Assembly (NCBI GenBank): GCA_050613775.1
Contig: JBODTK010000111.1
Location: forward strand, 434,001 to 498,000
Length of the DNA stretch: 64,000 bases
Origin: Neocallimastix sp. 'constans'
Taxonomy: Eukaryota
Direction: 5' to 3'
Both the position numbers and the translations under genes were made by a program. Shown here piece after piece: positions 52,276 to 64,000 of the stretch. The notes under the pieces are model-generated. The model worked only from the letters and a program-made list of their open reading frames with translations. It was not told the DNA's origin and ran no database searches. Position 1 is the stretch's first letter. Each line of letters begins with the position of its first letter.

Positions 52276-52869
52276 AAAGAAACTTTCCTTACTTCCTTCT
52301 TATTCTAATATTTTAGAATTTGTAAATTTCATAAACTGGTATATTTATATATTCCTTCTTGGTGGGACTTTAGTTTTAAATGAGCTACATTTCGATAGTG
52401 GGGAACAGAGACAATTAAATGAACTACTTTTCAAAGGTTCATCTGAGTCACATGTTCCAAAAATTGACGGAATTCTTAACAAGAGCAATACCAAACTTAT
52501 CCAAGAGCGTCGACGTCATACTGATAAGGCATAATGATAATACAGGATCATCATCTTTTTCTACGAAGGGTGAATCTTGCCCTAGTAGTTCAATAAATGA
52601 TGAATCCAGGGAGAGTTTAGTGGACACCACACTATCTATTTTAAAGATGTTACTTCCAGGTTTTATTTCTTTTTTATTTGATAGGAAGGGAAAAATTCCC
52701 GCATAGTACAACTTGCCGAAATACATAGTATTTTTGAGCTTTTTTATTTTTTTATTTTTTAAATTTTTTATTTTTAATTTCAAATGTACTTTTCACCTAC
52801 ATGTATTTTTTAAAATAAAATTAATAAAGTTTTGGAAGTGTATTCTCTTCCCTGTCTAAAAAAAAAAAA
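52270..52869 (+). mobile_element. LINE family B 3' fragment with poly(A)
   Basis: YIFLLGG..KLTEFLTRAIP..KSVDVILIRH is homologous to the family A C-terminus; ends GGAAGTGTATTCTCTTCCCTGTCT-A(n). Confidence 0.75.
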
Positions 52870-53637
52870 TATTCCTTCTTGGTAGAATTTCAGCTTTAGA
52901 TAAGCTACAATTCGATACTGGGGAACATTTAAATAAGTGAACAACTCATTAAAAAGTTCACAGGGGTCTACTGTTCCGTATATTATGGGGCTTGAGGAAT
53001 ATCTTGCTAATACAATACCAATCATCAGTAGCTCTTTTGAGTTACTTTTTGAGATATTTAGCAAAAATACCTTCATTACCAAGAGTACCGACGTCGTACC
53101 AATGTAGCAAACGAGTTGTACAGTTAGAAGTCCTGTTAATTCTCATCAATACACATTTACTAATAGCATAGTTCCTGAACATAGAATCTATAGTAAGTAA
53201 TTCAACTTTTGATGATCTTTCTTGTGGTTTAAGAGAGAGTTTAGTGGAACCCACACTATCAATTTTAAAGATGTTACTTCTTTGTTTTATTATTTTAGAT
53301 TTAACTGGTGATCATGTTACTACACGTAATATACATCACACCGAAATTTTTTCAACATTTGAACCTATTTTTATTCTTATTACATTAAATTTTCTATGAT
53401 ATATGATATATTAATTAAAGTTCGCAATAATTGCGACTATAAAAAAAAAATGATATATTAATTTTTTTTTTTTTTTTATTTTTATTATTTTTTTTATTTT
53501 GCTTAATCTTTTATTTACGTTTTATTTTTATCTTTAAATTGTGTATTGTAATTTTTTTTTAAAAATGGAATATATATAAAATATAATCGTCTATTTAATA
53601 AAGCACTGGAAGTGTATTCTATTCCTAGTTTAAAAAA
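52870..53637 (+). mobile_element. Degenerate LINE 3' fragment
   Basis: Repeats ttccttcttggt, ccaagagtaccgacgtcg and gagagtttagtgga..cacactatc..aaagatgttacttc; ends ggaagtgtattctattcctagttt-A(n). Confidence 0.65.
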
Positions 53638-53879
53638 TTTTTCTTAGAATTAAAGAATTATGAATTCTTTATATGTATAAAAAAAAAAAAACAAAAAGTA
53701 AAGAAAAAATTAAATAATTTAAGTGATGCATTATTATATCTTATTGATTAAAAAATAATGTATCATTTTAAAGCTATATATAAAAAAAAAAAACAAGTGA
53801 TATATCATTTTAGACATAAAATTAATTCACTATCCAAAAATTTTTCAATTTTATCAGCAATTTCCAAATTATAAGTTTA

Positions 53880-54510
53880 AGTATTAAGCGGATATTAGAT
53901 ATTTAATATATGACTTTAAATAATAATAACACTACTATCACTATTATCAAACTGGTATCAGAAGATTGCCAAGCATGTTTCTCTTGTTGTGATGTAAGTA
54001 ACAACATTCTTTATTTTACACATTGGATATTTTTATATCCTAAAATTGAAGAATTTAGGATAAAAAGGTATCCAATGAACTCCTTACAAATGTTATGCCT
54101 ATTGTGATTAGTGATTTTTACACCATGGTTTTATATACTGTTAGACCTACCATTATCAAAGAGCGTCGACGTCGAAACGATAAGGTAAAGAAAAAATTCT
54201 GATACAAATTTGAATGATTCTTTGTAGTCACATAATTATCATCGATGAATAGGAAGAGTTAGTGAAATAAAATCAGCAAACAATCTTATCTTTGCCCGAA
54301 AATAAATAAGAAATACGGCAAAAATCTTGTTGTTGACAAGCATATTAAAAGCACAAATCATTGATAATTCCTGGCGTGACCACTCATAACATAGTTTTTT
54401 AATATTAATGAAAAAAATTTTATGTATTTTATTTATTTTTTTTTTTTTTTTGTTTTTAATAAATATTATAAAATAAAGTTTATTCCTAGTCTAAAAAAAA
54501 AAAAAAAAAA
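53880..54510 (+). mobile_element. Degenerate LINE 3' fragment
   Basis: KLVSEDCQACFSCC..THWIF matches KIVSEDCPKCCPCC..SHWIF; aagagcgtcgacgtcgaaacgataagg; ends aataaagtttattcctagtct-A(n). Confidence 0.75.
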
Positions 54511-54939
54511 AGAACTATTATTAAAAAATGTCATTAATATTAAAAAAATAATTACCATATACTATGACCATATAGCAATGTAATGAAACTTTAGTAGATA
54601 AATGTTTAATAATACTAAGAAGCAAGATATTTAAAAAAAATTCAATCTTTTCATTGATTAAATCCGAAGATATTCCATATATAGTAAAATTTTTATTAAA
54701 TTAACCATTAGTTTAAATTTTTAATTTAATATTATTTAATTATACTATATATATATATCCTAAATATATATATATATATATATTTATTTGTTTATAATGT
54801 AATTATATAATTATTAATTAAAAAAAAAAAAAATAATAAAATAAAATAAAAAATAAATTGAAAAGTCCATTTTTTTTTATTTTCTAGAATAAAAAAAGAG
54901 AGAGGAAAAAAAAAAAAAAAGAAATATTATAACATGAAT

Positions 54940-55413
54940 AATTAGCATTGTGGAATTATACTAGTCATTAGTAGATCTCTTGAGTTACTCCTTGATTGAT
55001 AAAGTAAAAAGCCCTCCATAACCAAGCGAGTCAACGTCGAAATGAAAATTAAATCATTCTTCAAAGGAAATTAAATCTCCTGATAATATTTCTCTTGGTT
55101 CGAAGTAGAGTTTAGTGGCCTTCACACTATCAACCTTATAGATGCTATTTTATGTTTTATTTTATTAAATATTTTTGGTAGAAAATAATTTTTTATTCAT
55201 ACCCTAATTAACTTTTAAATTTTCTCTTTATTTTCATTGTATTTCATTAACTTTTTTTTTTCAATATATATTTTATTATTTTAATATTAATATATTAACA
55301 ATGCTCTTTTATATTTAAATATATATAATATATTTATAATTTTTAATAATTAATAAATAAGACTATGGAAGTGTATTCTTCTTAGTCTAAAAAAAAAAAA
55401 AAAAAAAAAAAAA
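54940..55413 (+). mobile_element. Degenerate LINE 3' fragment
   Basis: gtcaacgtcgaaatg and gagtttagtgg..cacactatc; ends ggaagtgtattcttcttagtct-A(n). Confidence 0.65.
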
Positions 55414-56514
55414 CATGGAAAGAACTATTTATTAATTTTCAATTTTTTTATAAATTATTTGTAATATATATAGTAATGTACATATAATATATTATATATA
55501 TTTTATATATTTTAATAATTTTTAAAATTATAATGTTGATGATCATTGGTGAAAATTATTCATAATTAAATCAAAAAATTAAAAAAACAGATTATGTGAA
55601 ATTTTTTGGTAGTCCATTTGAAATAAATGAATAAATACTTATTATCTATTTTATATAAATAATTATATTTTATAATTTATTATTTAATAATAAATTATAA
55701 AATATAATAATTTACTATTAATATTTATTTATTATATTATTAATCTTATATATAATTTTATTATAATATATTAATTTTATTAATTTGTGAAACACATATT
55801 ATATATATAGAATAAAAAAAAAAAAAGTGATAAATTTTTTATTTTTATTTTTATTTTTATATCTACTTTTTTAAATAAATACATCGATTTTGTTTATATA
55901 TATATAAAAATAATATATAATTATTATTTGATAAAATGATAATTAGAACAACAATAATAATAAATATGTTTATATTTTGAATAATTAAGATTTTAAGATA
56001 TAATGTATTTATATAAATGATAGAAATAGATATAATAGATTAATGTAAAACATACCATTTTATTTAAAAATATAATTATAATAAACTTAAAATAAAATAT
56101 AAAATCAAATTAATAGGTACATTAAAAAGAAAAAAAGTTGAGAAAACAAAAAACAAAACAAAACAAAACAAAACAAATATACCAAAGTAGAACAAAAAAA
56201 AAAAAGATATATATAAATATACATATAAATATTAATAATAATACAATATTTTAGTAATCTTTATTATTATTATTATTATTTTTTTAATTTGTATTTATAT
56301 ATTTTGTAATTGTAATTGTAATATACAATATATACAATATAATTATCATATTTTTTTATTTCTTGTCTTAAGAGGAAAAAAAAAAATAAAAAAAGAAATA
56401 AAAGTAAAATAGAAAGTAAAAACATATAAATAATATTTTCTAATATATACTAATATATCAAATAAAACAAAGTTGAAAAAGAAAAGAAAAATAAATTAAT
56501 TTGAAATATAAAAA

Positions 56515-57756
56515 ATGAGTGAAAATAATAAAATAATAGAGGATATCGAATTAAGAGTTGATTATAGACATGAAAATGATGAAGACAATGGTGAAGGAAG
56601 TGATAATGAATTGTTAATAGATACTGAAGAAAAACATAAAAAAAAAGCAAATGTTCAAACCTCGTCTAAAAAGGAAAGAATCTATTGGATTGATGCTCTT
56701 CGAATTTTTGCTAATTTTTTAGTTATATTTATTCACTGTACTGGTGTCGATTTAAAACCCACACCATTTAAGTCAACTAATTGGAAAATTTTTCATTTTT
56801 ATAATAATATGTTGAAACCTTGTGTACCTTTATTTATCATGATAAGTGGTGTATTATTCTTGGATCCAAAAAGACCTATCACTGTTAGCTCTCTTTATAA
56901 AAAAAGTATTCCACGTCTTGTGAGAAGCTATCTTTTTTGGTCATCCTATTATAGTGTTGTAGATGAAATGTTTATTAATATTCGTAATGTGAGATATCAT
57001 TTTAGTAAGACGTTAGTTCGTGATACAGTGAAAAAAATTATTTTAGGAGGAGGTCATCTCTGGTATGTCAATTTTTGTATCGGTTTATATATGATGACCC
57101 CTATCTTTAGGGAGCTTATACCTAACAGAAAGGTCGCTTGGTATACCGTTATTCTTAGTGTAATATTTGCACAATTTTTACCAACAGTTTGTGATTTTTT
57201 CGATTCGTTTACCAAATATGGTGGAGGTGTGGGAAGAGACTTTTTAGAAACATTACGTCTCTCGGCAGTTTCAAGCTATATAAATTATTATATGCTAGGC
57301 TATTTATTAAATACTAAAATATTTAGGAAAAAATGGCAAATTTATTCCTTTTATTTAGTTGGTATTCTAGGTTTAGTTTTAACAGTGTCATTAAGATTTC
57401 TTAGTTGCTATTCTATGAGAAGAGATTCTGGTGCTTTCGGCAATTACAATAGTTTTAATGTAGCTATGGAAACCATAGGAATTTTCATGTTTTTCAAATA
57501 TACAGTGGATTACTATCTTCCCAAATTTTTAAGATGGCGTATCTTTAAAAAGCTTCTAATCAATTTATCAGATTGTACGTTCGGTATTTATTTAATACAT
57601 ATGACTGTATATCATGGATTATATAAATTAGAGTTTCATCCTATGTCGTTTAATCCAATCTTCTGTGGACCTATCTATTCCGTTATTGTGTATCTTCTTA
57701 GTTATTTCTGTATTTATATGCTTAGAAAGATTCCAATACTTAGACCTTTAATGTAA
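56515..57756 (+). CDS. Acyltransferase family 3 (WecH/YiaH-like membrane O-acyltransferase), intronless
   Basis: RIYWIDALRIFANFLVIFIH, CVPLFIMISG, HLWY, YYMLGY, TFGIYLIH; multiple hydrophobic segments. Confidence 0.9.
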   Translation: MSENNKIIEDIELRVDYRHENDEDNGEGSDNELLIDTEEKHKKKANVQTSSKKERIYWIDALRIFANFLVIFIHCTGVDLKPTPFKSTNWKIFHFYNNMLKPCVPLFIMISGVLFLDPKRPITVSSLYKKSIPRLVRSYLFWSSYYSVVDEMFINIRNVRYHFSKTLVRDTVKKIILGGGHLWYVNFCIGLYMMTPIFRELIPNRKVAWYTVILSVIFAQFLPTVCDFFDSFTKYGGGVGRDFLETLRLSAVSSYINYYMLGYLLNTKIFRKKWQIYSFYLVGILGLVLTVSLRFLSCYSMRRDSGAFGNYNSFNVAMETIGIFMFFKYTVDYYLPKFLRWRIFKKLLINLSDCTFGIYLIHMTVYHGLYKLEFHPMSFNPIFCGPIYSVIVYLLSYFCIYMLRKIPILRPLM

Positions 57757-58480
57757 AAAAAAAAAAAAAAAAAAGATAGAATTTATTTAATTAAAAAAAA
57801 TAAAATAAAATAAAATAAAATAAAATAAAATAATAAAATAGAATAAATAAAAACAAAATAAAAAGATAAAAAAAAAAAAAATAATAAAAAATAAAAAATA
57901 AACCATAAAATAAAAATGAAAAGAATATATATATTTATGAATATATATATGTATAATCCAATATTTATTATTATTATAATTACATTAATAGAGAAATTTT
58001 GAAAATAAAAAAATATAAATAAATAAAAAAATAAAAAAATATTAAAAAAAAATTTATATTTATATTTAAGCCTTAATACATGTATATATATATATATATA
58101 TACTTTTTTTTGTTTATAATTATTATCATTATTTATTTATTTAAATCAATTATAATTAATAGATTTAGAATAACAAAAATATTTAATATATAATATTGCT
58201 GTAAAACATGTATACATATGATATATAAATAGTTATTGTGCAAAACACTATTTTTTTTTTATATAGATTTGGAGATTTGGAAGAAAAATTTTTTAGTATG
58301 AGTTATTAAAATCATTTAGGTAAATTATATACTTTATGTACTCTTCATTTATTTTTAATTAATGAATTATATATATATATATTATAATATAAAAGTAATA
58401 GTATTGAAATCATTACTATTACTATATTCTACTTGAAAGTTTTACTTTTTTTTTTTTTTTTTTTATTAATATAAGATTTC

Positions 58481-58486
<6 letters not shown>

Positions 58487-58527
<41 letters not shown>

Positions 58528-59500
58528 CTAGGAATAAAATTTGTTTAATTTTTTTTTTATATATTAATATTTTTTTTTTTTTTTAAAAAAAAAAAAAATA
58601 TTTTATGAGTTTTTGAAGGATGAAAGAAAATCGTTTAACTATTTTTTGAAAGATAAAAATATATATATATATATATATATTATCCACATTTAATTCATCC
58701 AATTCAAAAAAAAAAAAAAAAAAGAAAAAAAAAGTAAAAATTGTGAATATTATAGAGATAGACGTTGAGTAAAATTTTTAAAAACTAAATTTAAACTTCC
58801 TGTATTTAATTTATCTAATCGAAAAAGTACATGTATAATGAACATTTTCTCAGTTAAACTTGAGAAAAATCTTTCGAAAGCTTACTAAGAAATTCCCAAA
58901 GTTTACTAACAGACCATGACTGAAGATCATGAATAAAGATAAGAATGAAATCTTTATTCTGAATATCGAATCTTCGAAGGCCTCGCCGCAAAACAAGTAT
59001 AGATACTGTATTTGAAGAAGTATTATCCATTTCAAGAAAGCCTAAAAAAATAAAATAAAAGAAGTATAAAATAAAAATAAAAATAATAATAAAAAAAAAA
59101 TAGATAAAAAAAATTTTTTTTTTTTTTTTTATATATATATAACAAAATAAAATAAAAAATAAAAGAGAAAGTAAATTCCCTTTAAATAGTAAATAAAAAA
59201 TATTGGTGTTGAATATTTGAAAGCTTGAAACATAAAATTGTTCTTGATGATTTAATAGATTTTAGATTTTGTAAATAATTGATTTTATCCTGTATAACTG
59301 ATATAATATTTATAAATTATCTCAAGGGTTAGAAATTTATTGATACAAAATTACTTGTATATACTGTTAAAATGAATAATTGTTTCTTTTTATCTTTTGA
59401 CTGATTGTAATTCTTTCAATTAATAAAGCGCTTTAAGTTGTAAAAAATATTCTGTTGAATAATCATAAATTAACTAAAAGTATATTTAAAAAGAAAAAAT
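58487..59500 (-). mobile_element. Highly degenerate LINE 3' fragment
   Basis: Poly(A) tail preceded by ttattcctagtct; weak remnants of the C-terminal coding region. Confidence 0.45.
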
Positions 59501-59956
59501 ATTAGTAGAGAAAGACTATAAAAAAGATTCCCATCCGTTAAATAATGTCTTAAACACAAGCTTTGGAGTGAATCAATCTCCTACATTTCCATTTTACAAT
59601 AGCTACATGGAAGTATAAATAATACTATAGAAAAATACATATACAAAATAATGCTAAAGTAAAAAATACAATAGATTCATTACAATGATAATATGTAGAA
59701 ACTACAAAATATTAATAATTATACAATTCCAATGTTACTACATATCCAGTTTAAAACAATATAAAAACATCAGGTTCACTTTCTACAGTCTTCCAATATT
59801 CCAGTTTTCACTCTTCGTACTAGAAGCCACTTTAGAAAGGATAACCATCGATTATCATCAGAATCACAGAAAGCTGTAATTAGTACACCTGATATAGGTT
59901 AATCCTTTTCCATCAACCCTCCATGGACCTGGAAAAACAGTCCACATCATTGGGGT

Positions 59957-60010
59957 TTATAGACAGGGATGTGAATACACTTCCAAAACTTTATTAAATT
60001 TTATTTTAAA

Positions 60011-60048
<38 letters not shown>

Positions 60049-60120
60049 CAGGGAAGAGAATACACTTCCAAAACTTTATTAATTTTATTTTAAAAAATAC
60101 ATGTAGGTGAAAAGTACATT

Positions 60121-60125
<5 letters not shown>
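59957..60125 (-). mobile_element. Two stacked family B LINE 3' ends
   Basis: agacaggga..gaatacacttccaaaactttatta occurs twice, separated by poly(T); reverse complement of ~52778-52869. Confidence 0.8.
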
Positions 60126-60176
<51 letters not shown>

Positions 60177-61306
60177 CTTAGAGAAAACTTTATTTAATTT
60201 ATAATAATAATAAAATTACATGAAATTAAATGAAAAAATAACAAATAAAATACATGAAATAAAATATTATATATTATAAAATTATAAAAGTGCGTTAGAA
60301 GCAATAGCCTCTAACTTTTCCCATTCCTCGATAATAACACCACGTCCATTATTGTGAGTAATAATTTCAGTATTAGTGTTATCAATCGAATCTGTATCTG
60401 GAGGTGAAAATCCATGCCTTATCATTTCGACGTCGACGCTCTTGGTAACGGTAGATTCAACGGAATACCATTTCATCATCAAACTAAAAGATCGACAAAT
60501 TAATGGTATTACGTTTGTTAGAAACTCCGCAATCCTCACAAAATACGGAACAGTTGACGAAGTTGAACTTTGTTTAAAAATATTGTCAACTAATTGTCTT
60601 TGTTCCCCATCATTAACTTTAATTTTTGAATATATTGAACGCCCACCAAGAAGTGCACTCAATATATAATAATAAATATTATTATCATAATCCTTTTCTG
60701 AATCTAAAGAAACATCCAAGGATTTTTGTTCAATTATCAATGCAAACTTCAAAAAGAGATCATCTAGAAAAGGTAAAGATTTATTTCTGTAATTTTCCAA
60801 TTCTTTACAGGCAAAGATCCAGTGAGAAAAGCTAGGTACACTAACACCACAACAAGGGCAACATTTAGGGCAATCTTCTGAGACGATTTTTCTTTTAATG
60901 GAAATACTAATGTCGAATTTAAAACCACACCTAATACGAGAAATCCAAAAGAATCCCAACTGATACTTAGGATATTGAAATGTTAAGTTTCTGATTTCTG
61001 AAATATATCCAAAATCATTCTCCTTGTAAATAATTGCTTTTTTAGCTTTTGAGGGTTTGAAGACATCTCTTTCCCAATAAAACTTTTTTATTTCACTTGT
61101 TTTCTTACCATTTAATTTCTTATCCAAAGTCCTTGATTCTTTAGTCCATGAATAATGTGACATAGTAGGAATATTATTAGTGAGATGATTAATAATACAT
61201 GATGAGTTTTTCCATTTTCTAAAGCAACGTAATTGAGATATAGCACAGACAGCTGAAAGAGGAGGTATTCTCAATTCACGAGTAATATTATAGAGACTAA
61301 CAAGGG
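60126..61306 (-). mobile_element. Young 5'-truncated LINE (family A) with long poly(A) and TSD
   Basis: ~49-nt poly(A); TSD ACATTTGAAA at 60116-60125 and 61307-61316; open ORF2 C-terminus (RIRCG..CPKCCPCCG..SHWIFAC). Confidence 0.88.
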
Positions 61307-61662
61307 ACATTTGAAATTAAAAAATAAAAAATTAGGGTTATTTTTTATATATATAACAAAATAAAATAAGTTTCATTGAAAGAAGGGATTTTCTAACTTT
61401 AAAATGCATGTGAGATATAATGTGTTCTAATAAGAGATCATCTGAGAACAACGTAAACGTATAATCTACGAAAACCCTAAGTTGAATTAGGAATATTATA
61501 AGCAGAGCATAATTATATTTTTAGTGAATAAATTAAATTGTAAAATATAAATGTTAAAATTAAATTCTAATTTACCTTTTAATATCTAAAAAAATACTTT
61601 TCTCGCACACACACAAATACCAATAACACAATAAAAATAACAAACAAAAATAATCATAAATA

Positions 61663-61694
<32 letters not shown>

Positions 61695-62194
61695 TTATTT
61701 ATTGAATTTATTTTTATTTTATATTATTTTATTTTTTATTTTTTATTTTTTATTTTTTTTTTTTTTTTTAATTTTATTTTTTTAATATATTATTTTATCA
61801 TTTACTTCTTTTACTTTGTTTTTTTATATTACTAATTTTTTTTTTTTTTTTTTTTTTTTCATTTGTTTAAAAGAATTTCTAATTCTTTTTTTTTTTTTTT
61901 TTTTTAAATATTTGCATTAATATTTTTAATTTTTTTATAGAAATATTGCGAAGTTATTTTATATAATTATTTATATATAATTTATTCGACAAAAAAAATC
62001 ACTCTTTTTATTTTAATTTTTTTTTAAATAAATATTTTACAAATAAAGAGTAGTAATTTTATTCTATTTATGATAAATATTATAAAAATTTATAACGCGA
62101 AAAAATTTTTTTTCAATTTTAATCATTTTCTGAAAAAATTTATTTTTTTTCTTATTGGTATCGTAAAAATTGATAGGAACTTTATTAAATCTCC

Positions 62195-63703
62195 TTATAA
62201 TTCATCCTTTTCCTTCTTTTCTTCCTTCTTTTCTTCTTCCTTCTTTTCTTCCTTCTTTTCTTCTTTCTTTTCTTCTTCCTTCTTTTCTTCTTCCTTAGCT
62301 GGTTCAGCGATCTTGAATTCATTGACAGCATTCTTCTTTAAGAATTCAATGATTGAGTCCTTAGAACGGTCACCTTCGTAAATAACTGGAGTGTTCTTGT
62401 CATCAGCCTTGAATAAGATGACAGTTGGGAAACCTTCAAGATCGTTCCATGGAGAAGCTGGTGGAATATCATTTTCAGTAGCATCCATTCTGGCAATAAG
62501 AACCTTGTCATTAGTTTCATTGATAGATTCAGCGATTTCCTTGTAAGTTGGAGCAAGCTTCTTGCAGTGACCACACCATGGAGCATAGAATAAAAGTAAA
62601 ACATCCTTGGACTTGTCAAGAACAACATCTTCGAAGGTCTTAGCAACAACGTTGTATATGCCATCTTCTTGCTTTTCTGGAACATCTTGACTTTTAACGT
62701 ATGGTTCTAACTTACCAGCTTGGAAGTCTTCGATGAACTTTTCAAGAGCTTCCTTTTCGATTTTCTTATCTTGTGGATATGGGAACTTAGTGTTGTGCTT
62801 AACATCTTGAATGATAACAGCTGGCCAGTTTTCTTTAAGACCAAGGAACTTTCCGTGACCAGAGAACTTAACGGCATCAATGTAAACAAAGTTGAGCTTA
62901 CCTTGTACCTTCTTAGCAATAGCTTCACACCAGGCACCAACAGTCTTCTTGTCTTCGGCATCAGAAGTGAAGAGGTAAACAAGTGGAAGACCAGAATCCA
63001 TGTACTTACTGTAGTTTTCTGGACCAAGTTCATCCATTAATGGAACAGATTCGACCTTAACGAATTCCTTAATTGATTCTTCGGTAATCTTTCCTTCTAA
63101 AACAGCCTTACCTTCATCAAATTGTTTGTAAACAACAATACCTGGAACAGAAGCACCAGCCTTCTTGGCAAGTTCTTCGTTATCAATGTAACCGAAGACA
63201 AATTGTTCACGTAATTCCTTAGCATTGGCTTCAAGAGCCTTGTATTCGTCAGAACCTTCCTTAACGAAACCGACAACAACAACCTTGTCAGAAGTAGAGA
63301 ACTTTTCGAATTCTTCAGCCTTAATGGCAGAAAGATCTGGAAGATTTTGCTTCTTCATGTAACTAATAATACTTTCAGAAGTACGTTGTCCCTTGTAGTC
63401 AGATGGCTTACCATTTCTGTAAACCTTAAGAGTTGGGTAACCTCTAACACCAACTTCATTACAGATGTCTGATTCAACAGTACAATCAACTTCAGCTAAA
63501 AGAATGTTTTCTTCCTTTAAAGCAGCAGCAGCCTTAACGAATTCTGGGGCTAAGGCTATTTTATTTTAATTTATTTATATTAAAAAAAAATTTTTTTTTA
63601 AAAAAATTAATTTCTATTTATTATAAACAATTACAAATTATTTTTATATTACTTTGACTAATAAATACAAACCTTTGCAGTGACCACACCATGGGGCAAA
63701 GTA
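62195..63703 (-). CDS. PDI1: Protein disulfide isomerase (a-b-b'-a'), 5'-partial; exons 63673-63703 and 62195-63555
   Basis: Two APWCGHCK sites (the first in a 31-nt exon), GYPTLK and GFPT motifs, C-terminal KDEL. I did not locate the signal-peptide exon(s); they probably lie beyond the window. Confidence 0.95.
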
Positions 63704-64000
63704 CTAAATATTATTTTAAAATTAAAATTTTATTATTATTAAATATTTTATTATATTAAATATTTCATTTATTGAAATTAATAGTAAGAAAAACATATAA
63801 TTTAACTTTTGTTTATTAATTTAAAATAAATATATTTATAAATTTGATTTTATTTATATATTTTATATTTCTACTAATTTTCTTGTTATACAATTTTTTT
63901 TATTTATTTTATCCCTTTATTTCAAACTAACTATTTAATTTATAATTTTTGTTTACTTCCAAATAATTTAAAATACATCTTATCATTTTTTTAAATTATT

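Noticed and set aside
63356..63358. ATG at 63358 as the PDI start
   Set aside because: The frame stays open to the acceptor at 63555, and an upstream WCGHC exon exists

Overview
Extremely AT-rich eukaryotic DNA with GT-AG introns, long (TAT)n and homopolymer tracts, and intronless bacterial-type genes. It is most consistent with an anaerobic gut fungus (Neocallimastigomycota); this is inference only. Contents: (1) A 6-exon minus-strand gene of ~3874 aa (644-14323) that unites the two separately called ORFs. It encodes a bacterial-type amino-(N6A/N4C) methyltransferase (NFLGRGT, HPPY) plus a degenerate second MTase copy, fused to AT-hooks, two Tudor/chromo-barrel-like modules, two ZZ fingers, an extended PHD, a GATA-like finger and a KRI motif. 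(2) About 10 kb of gene-free AT desert. (3) An elongator tRNA-Met gene with an intact, very young Ty3/gypsy LTR retrotransposon inserted 14 bp upstream. The element has near-identical LTRs, a 5-bp TSD, a tRNA-Ala PBS, a -1 frameshift heptamer with pseudoknot, and a 1.6-kb leader with GC-rich structured islands. (4) An intronless and an intron-containing REI1/ZNF622 paralog plus a decayed third remnant. (5) Many nested poly(A)-tailed APE-type LINE fragments. (6) A bacterial-like alpha/beta hydrolase and an acyltransferase-3. (7) The 3' part of protein disulfide isomerase. Best novel-system candidates are the putative tRNA-gene-targeting gypsy element with its RNA structures and the giant chromatin-reader/DNA amino-methyltransferase.
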